Source of the DNA: Naegleria gruberi
Lineage: Eukaryota
Length of the DNA: 64,000 bases
Assembly (NCBI GenBank): GCA_000004985.1
Contig: GG738877.1
Reading direction: 5' to 3' (one strand)
A program made the position numbers and the translations under genes. The notes beneath the pieces are model-generated. The model was not told the origin of the DNA. It saw nothing but the letters and a program-made list of their open reading frames with translations, and ran no database searches. This document shows positions 1-11,367 of this stretch, one piece after another. How positions within the stretch are numbered: position 1 is the first letter of the stretch; each line of letters begins with the position of its first letter.

Positions 1-940
1 TCAACATTTCCATTTGTTCCAAACCGTATGCTACAAAGGCTGGATAGACAGGAAGACTAATATTGGGAATTGTCATTATTTTCAATTCATTCTTGTAAAA
101 GGTAAGCTCCTTTTGTTCTGTACATATTTCCATAATTATAGTATCCCCAACATCACATTTATGTTTAACTTGATCATATTTCGTCTTGTCCTCTTTTTGA
201 TAATTCCACACATATCCATTCGGAGAGTATAGATAACTACCATTCCTATGGTATGGAGAGAGGTTGAAAATTTGCTTTTCCACAATCTCTGATGAGGTAA
301 CACCAACAGCTAACCAAGTTTGGAAAGCTAAAATCCTTACTTTCAATTTAATCTTTCCTGTGAATGTTGTTCCTATTGGAGTATCAAGGAATGTGCTCGA
401 GTAGGATTTGTCAACAATCTTTTCAATTCTATTTCCAACAACCTTAAAATCCTTTGGATTGAACAAGTATTGCACATGATCTGTATTGTTCGTAACTTTG
501 GACAAACTCACTTGAGATGAGGATGTAATTGAACTTGTTCGAATGTGAGAGGCTGATGATGATTTTTCTTGTGGTATTGTGGTGGAGGCAAGATCTTGAT
601 GTTCTGGTTGTTGAAGAGTTTGATTATTATTCGTGGAAATATTGCTGCTACTCGTTGTGGATAAGGCTCCATCAGATGCTGATTTTGCAAGAGTGGAAGA
701 AGTGTTTGTGTCCTCCTTTTCAAAGCTGTACTTTAAGGATTCAAGTGGTGGTGGCTCTATTAGCTTGGATGGACATGAAAATTGTTCCAAGTAGTTTGAC
801 TTCTCAGCTTCCAATGTTGTAGTCGATGTGCTGCTATTACTACTATTTGTGCTGATTGCATCAGAGGAGTTGTTAATATTGGCTGTTGATGGAGTAGAGG
901 TTGTATCATAGATAGGAGGAGGCTTTAATTCACTATCCAT
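1..940 (-). CDS. SPRY/B30.2-domain protein; the N-terminal ~313 codons lie in the window and the gene runs off the window start
   Basis: I translated the minus strand by hand from ATG at 940-938 to position 2 and found no stop. The N-terminus is S/T/N-rich. A SPRY-like block follows (FNPKDFKVVGNRIEKIV...WNYQKEDKTKYD...DTIIMEICTEQKELTFYKNE). The ORF track omits it because there is no stop inside the window. Confidence 0.6.
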   Translation of the reverse strand, partial: MDSELKPPPIYDTTSTPSTANINNSSDAISTNSSNSSTSTTTLEAEKSNYLEQFSCPSKLIEPPPLESLKYSFEKEDTNTSSTLAKSASDGALSTTSSSNISTNNNQTLQQPEHQDLASTTIPQEKSSSASHIRTSSITSSSQVSLSKVTNNTDHVQYLFNPKDFKVVGNRIEKIVDKSYSSTFLDTPIGTTFTGKIKLKVRILAFQTWLAVGVTSSEIVEKQIFNLSPYHRNGSYLYSPNGYVWNYQKEDKTKYDQVKHKCDVGDTIIMEICTEQKELTFYKNELKIMTIPNISLPVYPAFVAYGLEQMEML

Positions 941-1316
941 TTTCAATTTTACGCTTTTTTAATGATATGTTTATGAGTGTAGAGGTGTGATGGAGGAGGG
1001 AGCGAGGAATGTATTAAGGTAGTTTTTTTTGAAGGCGATTTTCTCAAATACGGTATCAATAAAAGAATGATTTCATCCTTTTACACACTTCAATTGGCTT
1101 TTTTAAGGAAATTCAGTAAGTGCTTAACAAAAAAGATTGCTGTTAATTGTTTCATTTCACTTATTGATTTGGCTCTTTCATCACCAACTTGATTTTCACC
1201 AATTTTTCAGTTCAGGTATCAAAAGAGCCAAACAGAAAACACTTTTCTTTGGTTTTTTCTGAAATTGAATTGTGTTGGTATTTGCGGACTTTATTAATGA
1301 TTAAGATCTTTCAGAA

Positions 1317-1389
1317 GCTGGCGTAGCTCAGTCGGTAGAGCGTTGGTCTAATAAGCCATTGGTCGCCCGTTCGATCCCGTCCGTCAGCA
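1317..1389 (+). tRNA. tRNA-Ile(AAU)-like; possibly a degenerate copy
   Basis: Acceptor GCTGGCG/CGTCAGC pairs 7 of 7 with one G-U. The D-arm is canonical (GCTCAGTCGGTAGAGC). The anticodon loop is CTAATAA, reading anticodon AAT, and the T-loop is TTCGATC. By eye the T-stem pairs only 3 of 5 and the anticodon stem 4 of 5. Confidence 0.55.
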
Positions 1390-1671
1390 AATAATTTTAT
1401 AATCCAATCTTTTTATTCTGCAGTTATTAAGAAAGGTGTTTCAATTTAAGATTCTCAGTATGATCTTAAATAGGTTTCATTCTATTGCCCATTTTTTAAA
1501 ATTCATTTTACACATACCATTTCAGCCATAACATTTGACATCAACTCTCTAATATTGTGTCAACTTTCTTCAGTCACCACAAAAAAAACAAATTCAAAAC
1601 TCCCCACAGCTCTCATCCAAGAACAGGACAGAGCAACAAACAACACTTGTATTCCACTCCATTAACACAAG

Positions 1672-3384
1672 ATGACATCTTCAAGATTTTCATTAAAAGC
1701 CCTAAAAGCAACCACAAATTCATCTTCAACCCCAACTATCAGTACTACACAAAACGGTGGCAATAGTAGAAATAACAGTGCCTCCACTCCAACCCTCCCA
1801 TCAGATCAACAACAAATTCATCATCATTTAGATATTGCAACCGATCGAAGCCAAACGACTAATGGTAACAATAGAAATAGCATTCACAGTCATCAATCCT
1901 ATCAAATTAATAATAATACAACTCCTTCCTCGGCAACAACACCTCGAACACCAGCAGCAACCATAGGTGTTGCTTCTGGAGTCAGTACTTCTTCTTCATA
2001 TAATCACACAATAACTGTTGATTCAAGTTATGTTGGTGGTAATAATCACATTGATGATGACTTGAATAATTGGAAACCGATTAGTAGAAACAATTCGAAA
2101 AAATCACTTTCGTCTTCTTTCCGTAAATTGCTTTTTGGTTGTAGAAATGTAAGAGGGGATGAAGAAGTTGAACAGGAGAAGAAAATGATTAGTCGATCAT
2201 CATTGTATTTACCTGATGATCAATTATTTAAAGAAACATCAGAAACTTTGGTAGATGATGCTCATCATAATTCTGCTCACGTAATGGCATTGGTTAGTCC
2301 CAGAGGTAAATCATCACCTAGAACTAGTGCAAATCTGTCACCTGCTCGTCATGACGCTGAAATGAAAAGGAGAAGCGTTGAAAGCCCAACCATGATGTTA
2401 ATCGCAGCGAATCAATCACCATCTTCATCTCATCATCATCATACAACACCAAGTGGAGGTTCGAGTAACTACTCACTAAGAAATAAGATATTTGCTGGGG
2501 CTATTCCAGAAGAGAGAGCTGAGGAAGTAATTTTGAATAGTGACTATTCACAAAAAGTTCAATTTCATTTTGAAGGACAATTTGAAGTCAAACAGTGCCA
2601 TAATTTGGAAACTATTTCCGATTTGACTGCATTCAAGGATTGTATCACTCCATTTGTGAAAATTGAGTGGTTTGTCGAGTTTTTCAATACACAAGGTTCT
2701 TTGAAAAACAAGATGGTTCCAATGCTGAAACCAACTCCTAACACTGATACAAATACATGGAAACAAAGCAAAAAGACAACAGTAACCTGTTTGGAAGTGG
2801 GAAGAAAGGAAGTTTCTTGGAATGAAGTTTTGGATTTTTCTATAACTGTGGATGGATATTTGCATAGAAATGTTTTGGAATTTTACAAAAAGAATAGTGA
2901 ATCGTCTCTATTGGATCAAGTAACCAAACCATATGGAGAGAATGTCATAGGAATTTTGAGAGTCAAGTCTCATCTCTATGACTATGACGATTTACTCCTA
3001 CAGGAGAATATCATTTCACATCATACAATGGAATTCCCAATAACTCTTAAAACTTTAATGAAAAATTCTGGTGCTACTTCTCCTTCCCTAAAGATTGAAT
3101 CATACATTGAAAATTTTGGAAATTCAAATTCTCCACTAGGTACCGTTTCTACACCATCTCATGTTAAATTGCAATCTGTTGGAACATCTAAAGGAACAAT
3201 GTCTCCAACACCTCAAGAAAGTGCCATCTCTGGTTTTGGTGAAAATACAATCACCATGTTTGAAAAAAATCAACCAGTGAATGATTATCAAATGGTTCAA
3301 GATTCTGATTCAGAAATTATCCTCACAATAGTACCAGTTATTGAATTGTCTTACTATGTCAAAATGCTTGGTACTTCTGTATAA
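1672..3384 (+). CDS. S/T/N-rich protein with a C-terminal C2-like domain
   Basis: A 570-aa ORF starts at a real ATG. The N-terminal half is low complexity. The C-terminal region PFVKIEWF...VSWNEVLDFSITV...ILRVKSHLYDYDD resembles a C2 beta-sandwich. Confidence 0.55.
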   Translation: MTSSRFSLKALKATTNSSSTPTISTTQNGGNSRNNSASTPTLPSDQQQIHHHLDIATDRSQTTNGNNRNSIHSHQSYQINNNTTPSSATTPRTPAATIGVASGVSTSSSYNHTITVDSSYVGGNNHIDDDLNNWKPISRNNSKKSLSSSFRKLLFGCRNVRGDEEVEQEKKMISRSSLYLPDDQLFKETSETLVDDAHHNSAHVMALVSPRGKSSPRTSANLSPARHDAEMKRRSVESPTMMLIAANQSPSSSHHHHTTPSGGSSNYSLRNKIFAGAIPEERAEEVILNSDYSQKVQFHFEGQFEVKQCHNLETISDLTAFKDCITPFVKIEWFVEFFNTQGSLKNKMVPMLKPTPNTDTNTWKQSKKTTVTCLEVGRKEVSWNEVLDFSITVDGYLHRNVLEFYKKNSESSLLDQVTKPYGENVIGILRVKSHLYDYDDLLLQENIISHHTMEFPITLKTLMKNSGATSPSLKIESYIENFGNSNSPLGTVSTPSHVKLQSVGTSKGTMSPTPQESAISGFGENTITMFEKNQPVNDYQMVQDSDSEIILTIVPVIELSYYVKMLGTSV

Positions 3385-3861
3385 ATTGTACATTATAATT
3401 TATAAACTTTTCCATTCTTTTGTTTTTCAAATAGTTTTCAATTCAAAATTCATAGGATGTAAAATTGGTTTAGAACCTTAGAGAGGATGTAAATATTAAT
3501 CAGTATGCTGTTATGCTTCAAGTACTAGACGTTCAGTCCCGAAAGGTGAAAAATTTGTGTTATCATCAGATTAACAATCGAACTATCCTTGCCATATCAC
3601 TCTTCGGCTTATCAACCCGTGACACAAAACAAGTATTTATGGTTTTTAATTTTTTTAAAATATTAAATTCAAAAAGTGGCGCCAAAATCCAATACAGATA
3701 ATTAAATAGGTTCAAAACAAACCTAGCCACTCGCATTTCAATATAGTGGAAAGAACTTGAAGAAAAAATACGTTATAAAATATCGCTACAACTAACGGAA
3801 GCCCTGGAGAATAAGAATAACCTTAAAAAAAATACGTTGACAACAAACACATCAACAAGAA

Positions 3862-5577
3862 ATGAGGCATTCTAGGCCTCCCGTATATAATCACTTTCAT
3901 CATTCTAGCAACAATAATGGAGGATTAGGTCGGGATGATTTTCTTATGAATAGTAAAGATAAATTTAATGTGGATCTAAAATCATCACTTAATGATTTGC
4001 AAATAACAAATAGTTTGAGGAAAAGTATGAATAGGAGAGAATCTATGGAGGATTTGACAGTATTTTTGGAAAAGAATCAAAATAGTGGATTACTCCCTAT
4101 TCAACCAACACCACCTCCGTTGAATAGGGAAGATTCTTTGGCCAATGATGTTTTTACTTATCAGGATAGTATGAAAGAATTTTCTTTGGAAGAATTGAAA
4201 CATCATCACCTTAGACGTCTAAATGAATCTAGGAATGAATCATATAGAGCCAGTAACTATTTTGAATCGGCTGCCTCGCTCATTACCACCACAACCGAAG
4301 AGCAAAACTATTATGACGAAGATGACGAGAATATAGCTATTGAGGGTGTTGATAGAGAGAGTGACATTATGCTCCACAGTGATGATGAGGACTATCAAGA
4401 TGAGGATGATTTCGAGGGTCAAAATCATCTCCTTGGTAAAAAAAAAGTTAAGGTTTTCCCTTTCCTTGTGGATTCTCCACCTGATTTGAAAAAGAAAGGC
4501 CGAACAAAAGCATTACAAGTTGCCTACAATAAGAGAAAGGAAAAACTTCAGAGAGTTAAACAAGAGCTAGAAATGGGTAGAACAAGTCCAACACTCTTCT
4601 CTATCAATTCACAAACACCTCCTCCTTTCAGAAAGAGCCCTTGTCCTCCACTGGATATTTTCCATCAAAATAGTTTTCACAAGAAAAAGCCAGATCCTCT
4701 CCTCTCCTCAATCGAATCCCTCCTTGTACAAATACCTCACCAATCATCCTCAGCCACCTCAATATCGCAACAGAATCATCACAACCTCTCCACCTTTGTT
4801 CCAAGCAAAGAAAGACCCTCCTCAATGAAGGCAGGTCATCGAAAGAAGAATTTAACCAGCAGTGCTGATGGAACTAAAACAAGTCGTTCAGTCTCCTCAA
4901 CCAATGTAAACTTGAACTGTTTACAGAAGGATCCTATTCCTGATGATTATTTGGGGCATCACATTGCAACAACTTCATCACGAATACAGTCCAAATACAA
5001 GGAACACTTTGCAGTTTCGAAAAATCCAATAGTAGTTATTGCAAATAGAAATCAATATAAGGAGAAAAAAGCTGATAAGGAAAAAGCTTTACAAAACAAT
5101 TCTTCCAGTTCTTCCTCTCTACCACTTCCCATCTCCAACTCTCAACCATCCCAATCTCTTGCTCCTCCACACAAATCAAACAATACCACAACAACCAGTA
5201 CAGTTAAGGAGCCAATGAATAGAGCTCCACTGTATAAAATTCCCCAAGCTCCAAAGAGGAAGAAATTAACACCAGAAGATTTGGGACTAACCTATCAAGC
5301 TAGTTTAGAACTTGATAAGGGACTTCCAACATCTTGTCAAGTTGATGCAAAGAAGGTAATCATGCAAACTCTTATCAATTCTTGGATTGGTATTGGACCT
5401 TCACTAGGAGATGTAAATGTTGAAAATAGAAAACCACTCAATTTGAAACCTTCCAAGATTACCTCTTCCAATCCTGAGGAAAGAAGAAAGGAAATTTTGA
5501 AATTAATGTACAAGGACAGGCAAACAGAGGTGAAGGAGAACATTCTGAAACCAAAGCAAACAAAGAAGAATAGGTAG
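3862..5577 (+). CDS. hypothetical S/P-rich acidic/basic protein
   Basis: A 571-aa single-exon ORF with an ATG start. It is compositionally biased and I recognise no domain. Confidence 0.5.
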   Translation: MRHSRPPVYNHFHHSSNNNGGLGRDDFLMNSKDKFNVDLKSSLNDLQITNSLRKSMNRRESMEDLTVFLEKNQNSGLLPIQPTPPPLNREDSLANDVFTYQDSMKEFSLEELKHHHLRRLNESRNESYRASNYFESAASLITTTTEEQNYYDEDDENIAIEGVDRESDIMLHSDDEDYQDEDDFEGQNHLLGKKKVKVFPFLVDSPPDLKKKGRTKALQVAYNKRKEKLQRVKQELEMGRTSPTLFSINSQTPPPFRKSPCPPLDIFHQNSFHKKKPDPLLSSIESLLVQIPHQSSSATSISQQNHHNLSTFVPSKERPSSMKAGHRKKNLTSSADGTKTSRSVSSTNVNLNCLQKDPIPDDYLGHHIATTSSRIQSKYKEHFAVSKNPIVVIANRNQYKEKKADKEKALQNNSSSSSSLPLPISNSQPSQSLAPPHKSNNTTTTSTVKEPMNRAPLYKIPQAPKRKKLTPEDLGLTYQASLELDKGLPTSCQVDAKKVIMQTLINSWIGIGPSLGDVNVENRKPLNLKPSKITSSNPEERRKEILKLMYKDRQTEVKENILKPKQTKKNR

Positions 5578-5860
5578 ATCTGTTTCGAACTGATTTAAAT
5601 TTAATCAAAAGAGAGAAAGAACATACTGTCAAAATGAAAATTACACAACATGAATGTTTGAACTTAATCAAACTATTTGTAATAAGAAATCCAACAATAA
5701 TAGAAATCATTTCTTTGCTTTGTCACTTTACAACATGCTAGAAAAGAATCTTCCTCTTGTTATTGTCATTAGGAGTATTTCCTCCAAATAAATCAACAAA
5801 ACAAAAACCACGACACCTTTCTCATAATCAGTTCTTATTTATTGCCAATAACATTTTCCG

Positions 5861-8752
5861 ATGAGTCATCATCACAATAACAACCACCACCAACAGATGT
5901 TGAATCAATCATCCAATTCTCCACACCTTTCTTCCACCAGCAATGGTGCTGTTACTTCCCAACAACATCACAATACCACCACCACACCAATAACCTCCTC
6001 CACATCAACAACAACGACAAATAGTACACCCTCTAGTATTCAATCATCAACAACGACCACTCCAAATTCCTCCTCCACCAATAATAATAATACATTTCCC
6101 ATCCTCATTGGTGGAGTTTTACTTTCCAATCCTTCTCCTTCATCTTCCTCGTCAACAACAACAACAACACAAATCATCACATCACTTCATCAAATCCTCC
6201 GACAAGTAATAATACCAATAATACTACGACAATTACAACAGAATCGGCACCAAATAGTAATAATTTAAATGCTGCCACTTCATCCAATGATGGAAATATG
6301 CCTCCGAATGCAATTGTTTATAATTCACCAGTAACACTCTATACAGTGGCTTGTACCCATTGTAGAAAGCAACACAAGAAGGTTAGTATTTAAATCTTTA
6401 ATACCTTTTATTAAATAATATTGTTATTTGTAAAGTGTGTAAGTAATATTAAATACATTTGGAGAATGTTTACAATTTTAATAGGATCGTAAAATGCCAA
6501 GTTGTGACCGATGTATTCAGAAAGGAATTAAATGTGAATATAAAGAATCGAAAAGAACACCAAATGGTCAACCTGGTCAACCAATTGAAACTAGTCAACC
6601 ACAAGAAAAATCAACGAGGAAAAAGAAAAAATCAAAATCTCATTCATTTGTATTGGAATCAACAAATGGAAAGGATGAAAAAAATGATAATGAGATATCA
6701 ATTGAAGAGGAAGGATTATCAAAGAGACAAGTTATTGATTTTTACTTTAGTTTTGCAAGTGATGGATTTCCTCTAATGAATAAGGATGATCTGGAAAAGT
6801 GTCCATCTCTGTATTCAGTCTATCTCAAAGATATTGATGAGGAGAGAATGATTATCAAGGAAGATGAAACAGTAGATAATGAAAAAGTAAATAAGGAACT
6901 GGTGGCATTGTTTTTGGGAACTAAAGCTGTTTGTGAAGTGAGATGTGGAATGATGGAGGTTAGTGAAAAAACAGCCAAACTTGCCCGAGCAGCAGTTAGT
7001 AGATATTTTGATAGTCATGAAAGCTTTTTCGTTGCTACTACCTATGCTCTCTTAGCTCAATTTGAAATTTGGAACTCGAGAATTACCAATGCCAAGTTTT
7101 ACCTTCAATTCCCAGCTTTTTATCTCAGAAATAAGTATCTTCAAAAACCAGGATGTGATATTTCACCAACTTCAGGCGAACACGAAGTTGGTCAATGTAC
7201 AAAATGTATGTCAATCATGACCAAATACGAAAAGAATTTGGAAAACAATATTAATTGGGTGGAAAGATGTACCCATTCACTAAGTTCAAATAATGGAAAT
7301 AATACCAAGAGAACATTTTTTGATGTTTCCTATGCAGATGGAGGATTTATTAGCGAAATTCCTAGATACTTTACAATTTTCACTGGTTTGAAATTTCCAA
7401 CTGAATGGATTTCCTCTCTAAATCAAGAAGTTACAGTTAGTAATTGCTTTGATTATTTACAATTGTTAGATTCAATCTTTGCATTTACGACGAGAAACAT
7501 GAGAGAAAGATCAAATATTGAGCTAATCGCCTCAAAGACCAATCCAACACTAGATCTGGATAACAATTCTCCATCGTGCATCTTTCAAGGAGATTATCAA
7601 TATATTGCCTTGTATGAGAGAATGCTAGATGTCGTATTGAATGGATTAAAGATTAGAATTCTCACCAAATTGGGATGTAGTGGTAGAGATCGTGAGAGAG
7701 AAACAATTGAACAAGCAGCATTGAATATTACAATGGCAACTCAACACGAACTGTTTCCACTCTTCCTTCCATATCTAGTTCCATATATTTCAGCAGCAAC
7801 ACTTGTACATTTGAGAGTGTTAAAGATGAATATTCAATCCTATAGTTCGAGCACTTCAACAATTGTTTCACAACATAGAGCCAACAATTGGTCAACTTTA
7901 ATGTATTATGAGGATATTTTGAAAAAGGACTTGAGAGCTATGCAAATTATGGCTAAAAGATTCAAGCTAGTCAGTCTTAACTATAGCAAATTAATGAAAG
8001 AAATCGAGGACACATTTGAAAATTTAGAAAATCTGAAACGATCCACAAAACCAACAATTACAGAATATGAAACTTCTCTTCCACAACAATTCCTGACCTA
8101 TCGACATAATCCACACAATCAGCGAGCACACATGTTGCATCCTCCATCACAAATTCAATCCAATAATATGCAACAAGCCACGAATTTCAATTTTAATCCA
8201 CCACAAGTCCCTCAACCATCAGCATCTTCCTCAACAACCATGCAAAATCCTGGTCTATTCTCACAAATCATACCAAATAATTCACTTCCACTCCATATGG
8301 AATTGCAATCTGCTTCATATTTTGCTAATTTAATGAGTTCACACCAGATGGCCGGTGGTCCACCAATGAGTGGTTTTGACACAACCTCTGCATTTGGAAA
8401 TCTTTTAATGATGCAACAGAATCCTCTCATCAGTAATCCATCACTATCTTCCTCTAGCTCAGCAAATACAAACACAAATAATAATAATAATAATGGTATG
8501 GAATCATTTGGTGGTGGTTTTGGTGGTTTTGGAATGGGAGGTGTGTTTGATCCATTCTTAACTGAGGAAGATTTGGATTTAATCTTCTCAATTCAAAATA
8601 AGGAACAACAACAACAGGTCAATAATTTATCAGTCAACCAAACTGTTTCAAGTAACAATTTGGGTGATCCACTCCAATCAATTTCCCAACTTAATAGTGC
8701 AACAATTCATGATATGATTGATAAACATGTTCAACAAAATGAAAGAAGATAA
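5861..8752 (+). CDS. Zn(2)-Cys(6)-like binuclear-cluster transcription factor, two exons with an intron at about 6382-6484
   Basis: Exon 1 ends ...LYTVACTHCRKQHKK at 6381 and is followed by gttagt. The intron is AT-rich and ends atag at 6484. Exon 2 begins DRKMPSCDRCIQKGIKCEYK, a Gal4-like CX2CX6..CX2CX6C motif. Two reading frames are open across 6086-6300, so the 5' exon structure is uncertain. Confidence 0.6.
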
Positions 8753-8847
8753 ACCAATTGATATTCAAAAATTATTTATTTTCTATTGCAAAAATGTGTT
8801 TTGGTGTTTTTAATGTACATTGTTTTTGTTTCCTCAATAATAATTTG

Positions 8848-11367
8848 TTATTGTAAAAATACATGAATTGAATCTCCTTCACTCAAATTCTTATCAACAA
8901 AAAAGAATTCATCAACATCAGCAAGAATAGTATTCTTAAATCTATCTTGTGAGCTGATCTTTAAACTCAAAACTTTTGTCTCTCCACTATTGCTACTACA
9001 GGCCGAGGTAGAATCGTTGGACAACAATGAACTGGCATCAGAAGTTGAAGTAGAAGTTTTTGGATCTTCCAACTTGGATTGTTTAAAGTCTTTTGCTCTG
9101 TCTGTCAGTAATTGTTTGATATTCTCCAGTGCAAGTTTACCTTGAATAATTTGAATATTATTTGTTTGAGAAACTTCAAAATGTTTCTTATTGACCTTGA
9201 GAGCGGTTGTGTAAAATTGATGGAAATGTTTAGAAATTTCAGAATCCTTTTCGTTTGGATAAATTCCAAACATTTGTTGTTTCTGAATTCTTAATTGAGT
9301 TTGATTAAATTCGTTAATTTGGTCTAAAAGTTTTGAACTATCACTTGCAATATCATCATCCACTTGATAAAATTGGACAATGATTGATATTTCATCTGGA
9401 TTCTTGTTTCTTTTACAAAGAGTTTCTATTTCTGATGAAAATTTAGTTCTCTTACTGTCACGATCATACTTATCAGTACTACTATCAGATGGAACATGAT
9501 CACTATTATTGGCTCCATTATTATTATTATTATTAATACTGTGAACTGGAGTTGTTGCACTAAATGTAGAAACAGTAAGTGCCTTTCTCTTATGTGTTCG
9601 AGGAGAACCATTTGTTGGTGAATAATCAGTTTGAATTGCTGACACACGATTATTCAAAGGGAATGCCAATGTTGGAGTGAGTGGACTTCCAGTACTGTCT
9701 CCATCTCTCATAGATCTTTGTTTGATTCCTTCCCTTGGATTGTTTCTTCTGATTTTTGAAGGATCGTAGAGTCCACGTTGGAACCTCCACTGTTTGTTAT
9801 AACATGTGGCACATACAGGTCCAGATGTGATTTGATCAATATTTTGTGGGAATGTATTTCTATACGATTCAATATTTCCCTCATGAATTGAATAATTCTT
9901 CTTGAAACTAACTTCAGCATCTGAACGACCACAACAATGACAATTGGTTACTTCTCTATTGGGATCTTCGGTTGTGTTAAGTTTTGGTGATTCATTCACT
10001 AATTTAGTTTTCTTAGTCATATTTGGAGTTCCCATAATGTTTTGTTGTGTGGAAATTTGATTTTGCTGTTGATTCATAGGTCGTGAATACAAGTTTCCAT
10101 TCATTTGTTCATAAGTGTGAATCATTAATCCATTAGTTGACTGATTTTGATCGTGTTGATGTTGCATTACATTTTGATTATTTCTCATGACAACATCATC
10201 TAGATTTGTGCCATTTGTGTGTAAATGTTGTGAATTATCAACAACTGAAGTACTTTGTGTATGTTCCACATAAGGAGCAACACTGTCAAAGTATGTGAAA
10301 TTTACCTTGTCACCTCTCCAATCATTGTTATTTTGTGAAAGTTGTAATTGAGTTGAATTATTCATCATTAAATTATCATGATTTGATTGATCTACAAGAT
10401 TTGTATCATTTTCTTGTTGATTTCCTAAGAAATTCAAAATATTATCTTGAATACCATTTGTATAATTCGAAAGTCCAACTTGTTGTTGTAAAGTAGCAGA
10501 ATTCATTGAATGGTGTTGTAATGAAGAATGCATCATTTGATTAGGTTGCGTCAAATGATGATGATTGGCAGTTGAATGATGAACAACTGGTTGTGAAAGA
10601 CCCAAAGCAGCTGCATTTGGCATGGTTGAGTAATGATGATGGTGTGGTTGCATCATGTGTTGTGATTGTTGTTGAAGTAACATTTGTTGCATAACAAAAT
10701 CCTGATGATCAACTGGAGAATTTGCTTCATTTCCAGCACTTCCTCTCATTGCCATATTCAAAATTAAATTACTGTAATCGTTATTCGTTGAATGTGAATT
10801 CAAATTATTTGAATTTGGATCTAGACCATTATTTGAGAAGGAGGAATGTTGATGCAGTGCAGAATTATTCAATTGTGGATAATTCATTGATTGTGTTTGT
10901 AAATGTTGTTGTTGTCTAAATAATTCTTGTAAAACTTGAGTATTTCCTGTATTCGTTCCCATGCCACCAACAATATTTGAACTACCAATAGAACCACCTC
11001 CATTACCCATCATGTGTTGTTGTTGTTGATTACTTGATGAGATTGAATTGTTGTGAGCTAACTGTTGCTGTTGTGAGGAAGAAGAAACACTTGGATCCAC
11101 CATTGTATTATTGTTATTATTGGAGGACATGTTATGAAGTTGATGATGATAGGGTGAAGTTGAGGAGGAAACAAGTGAATTGCTACTTGAGGACATGCCA
11201 GCATTCACTACTGTATTATTGGCAGTATTGTTGAGATTGGGAGATAGTGGTTGTTGTTGTGATTGAGTAGTGGCAGCTGTTGTTGATGGGCTAACGTTCA
11301 TCATTAAATTATCAGCTGTCGAATAAATAGTATTAAGTGTTGCTGCTGCTGTTTGAGACATCATCAT
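8848..11367 (-). CDS. Q/N/S-rich nuclear-type protein with a Cys-pair motif near the C-terminus
   Basis: An 839-aa ORF with poly-Q, poly-N and poly-S tracts. It contains CHCCGRS...CATCYNKQWRF. The spacing does not fit a GATA finger. Confidence 0.55.
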   Translation of the reverse strand: MMMSQTAAATLNTIYSTADNLMMNVSPSTTAATTQSQQQPLSPNLNNTANNTVVNAGMSSSSNSLVSSSTSPYHHQLHNMSSNNNNNTMVDPSVSSSSQQQQLAHNNSISSSNQQQQHMMGNGGGSIGSSNIVGGMGTNTGNTQVLQELFRQQQHLQTQSMNYPQLNNSALHQHSSFSNNGLDPNSNNLNSHSTNNDYSNLILNMAMRGSAGNEANSPVDHQDFVMQQMLLQQQSQHMMQPHHHHYSTMPNAAALGLSQPVVHHSTANHHHLTQPNQMMHSSLQHHSMNSATLQQQVGLSNYTNGIQDNILNFLGNQQENDTNLVDQSNHDNLMMNNSTQLQLSQNNNDWRGDKVNFTYFDSVAPYVEHTQSTSVVDNSQHLHTNGTNLDDVVMRNNQNVMQHQHDQNQSTNGLMIHTYEQMNGNLYSRPMNQQQNQISTQQNIMGTPNMTKKTKLVNESPKLNTTEDPNREVTNCHCCGRSDAEVSFKKNYSIHEGNIESYRNTFPQNIDQITSGPVCATCYNKQWRFQRGLYDPSKIRRNNPREGIKQRSMRDGDSTGSPLTPTLAFPLNNRVSAIQTDYSPTNGSPRTHKRKALTVSTFSATTPVHSINNNNNNGANNSDHVPSDSSTDKYDRDSKRTKFSSEIETLCKRNKNPDEISIIVQFYQVDDDIASDSSKLLDQINEFNQTQLRIQKQQMFGIYPNEKDSEISKHFHQFYTTALKVNKKHFEVSQTNNIQIIQGKLALENIKQLLTDRAKDFKQSKLEDPKTSTSTSDASSLLSNDSTSACSSNSGETKVLSLKISSQDRFKNTILADVDEFFFVDKNLSEGDSIHVFLQ

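Noticed and set aside
508-822. Track ORFs 508-723 (minus) and 529-822 (plus)
   Set aside because: They are in the wrong frames relative to the continuous SPRY-gene reading frame that I verified from 940 to the window edge. They begin at TTG.
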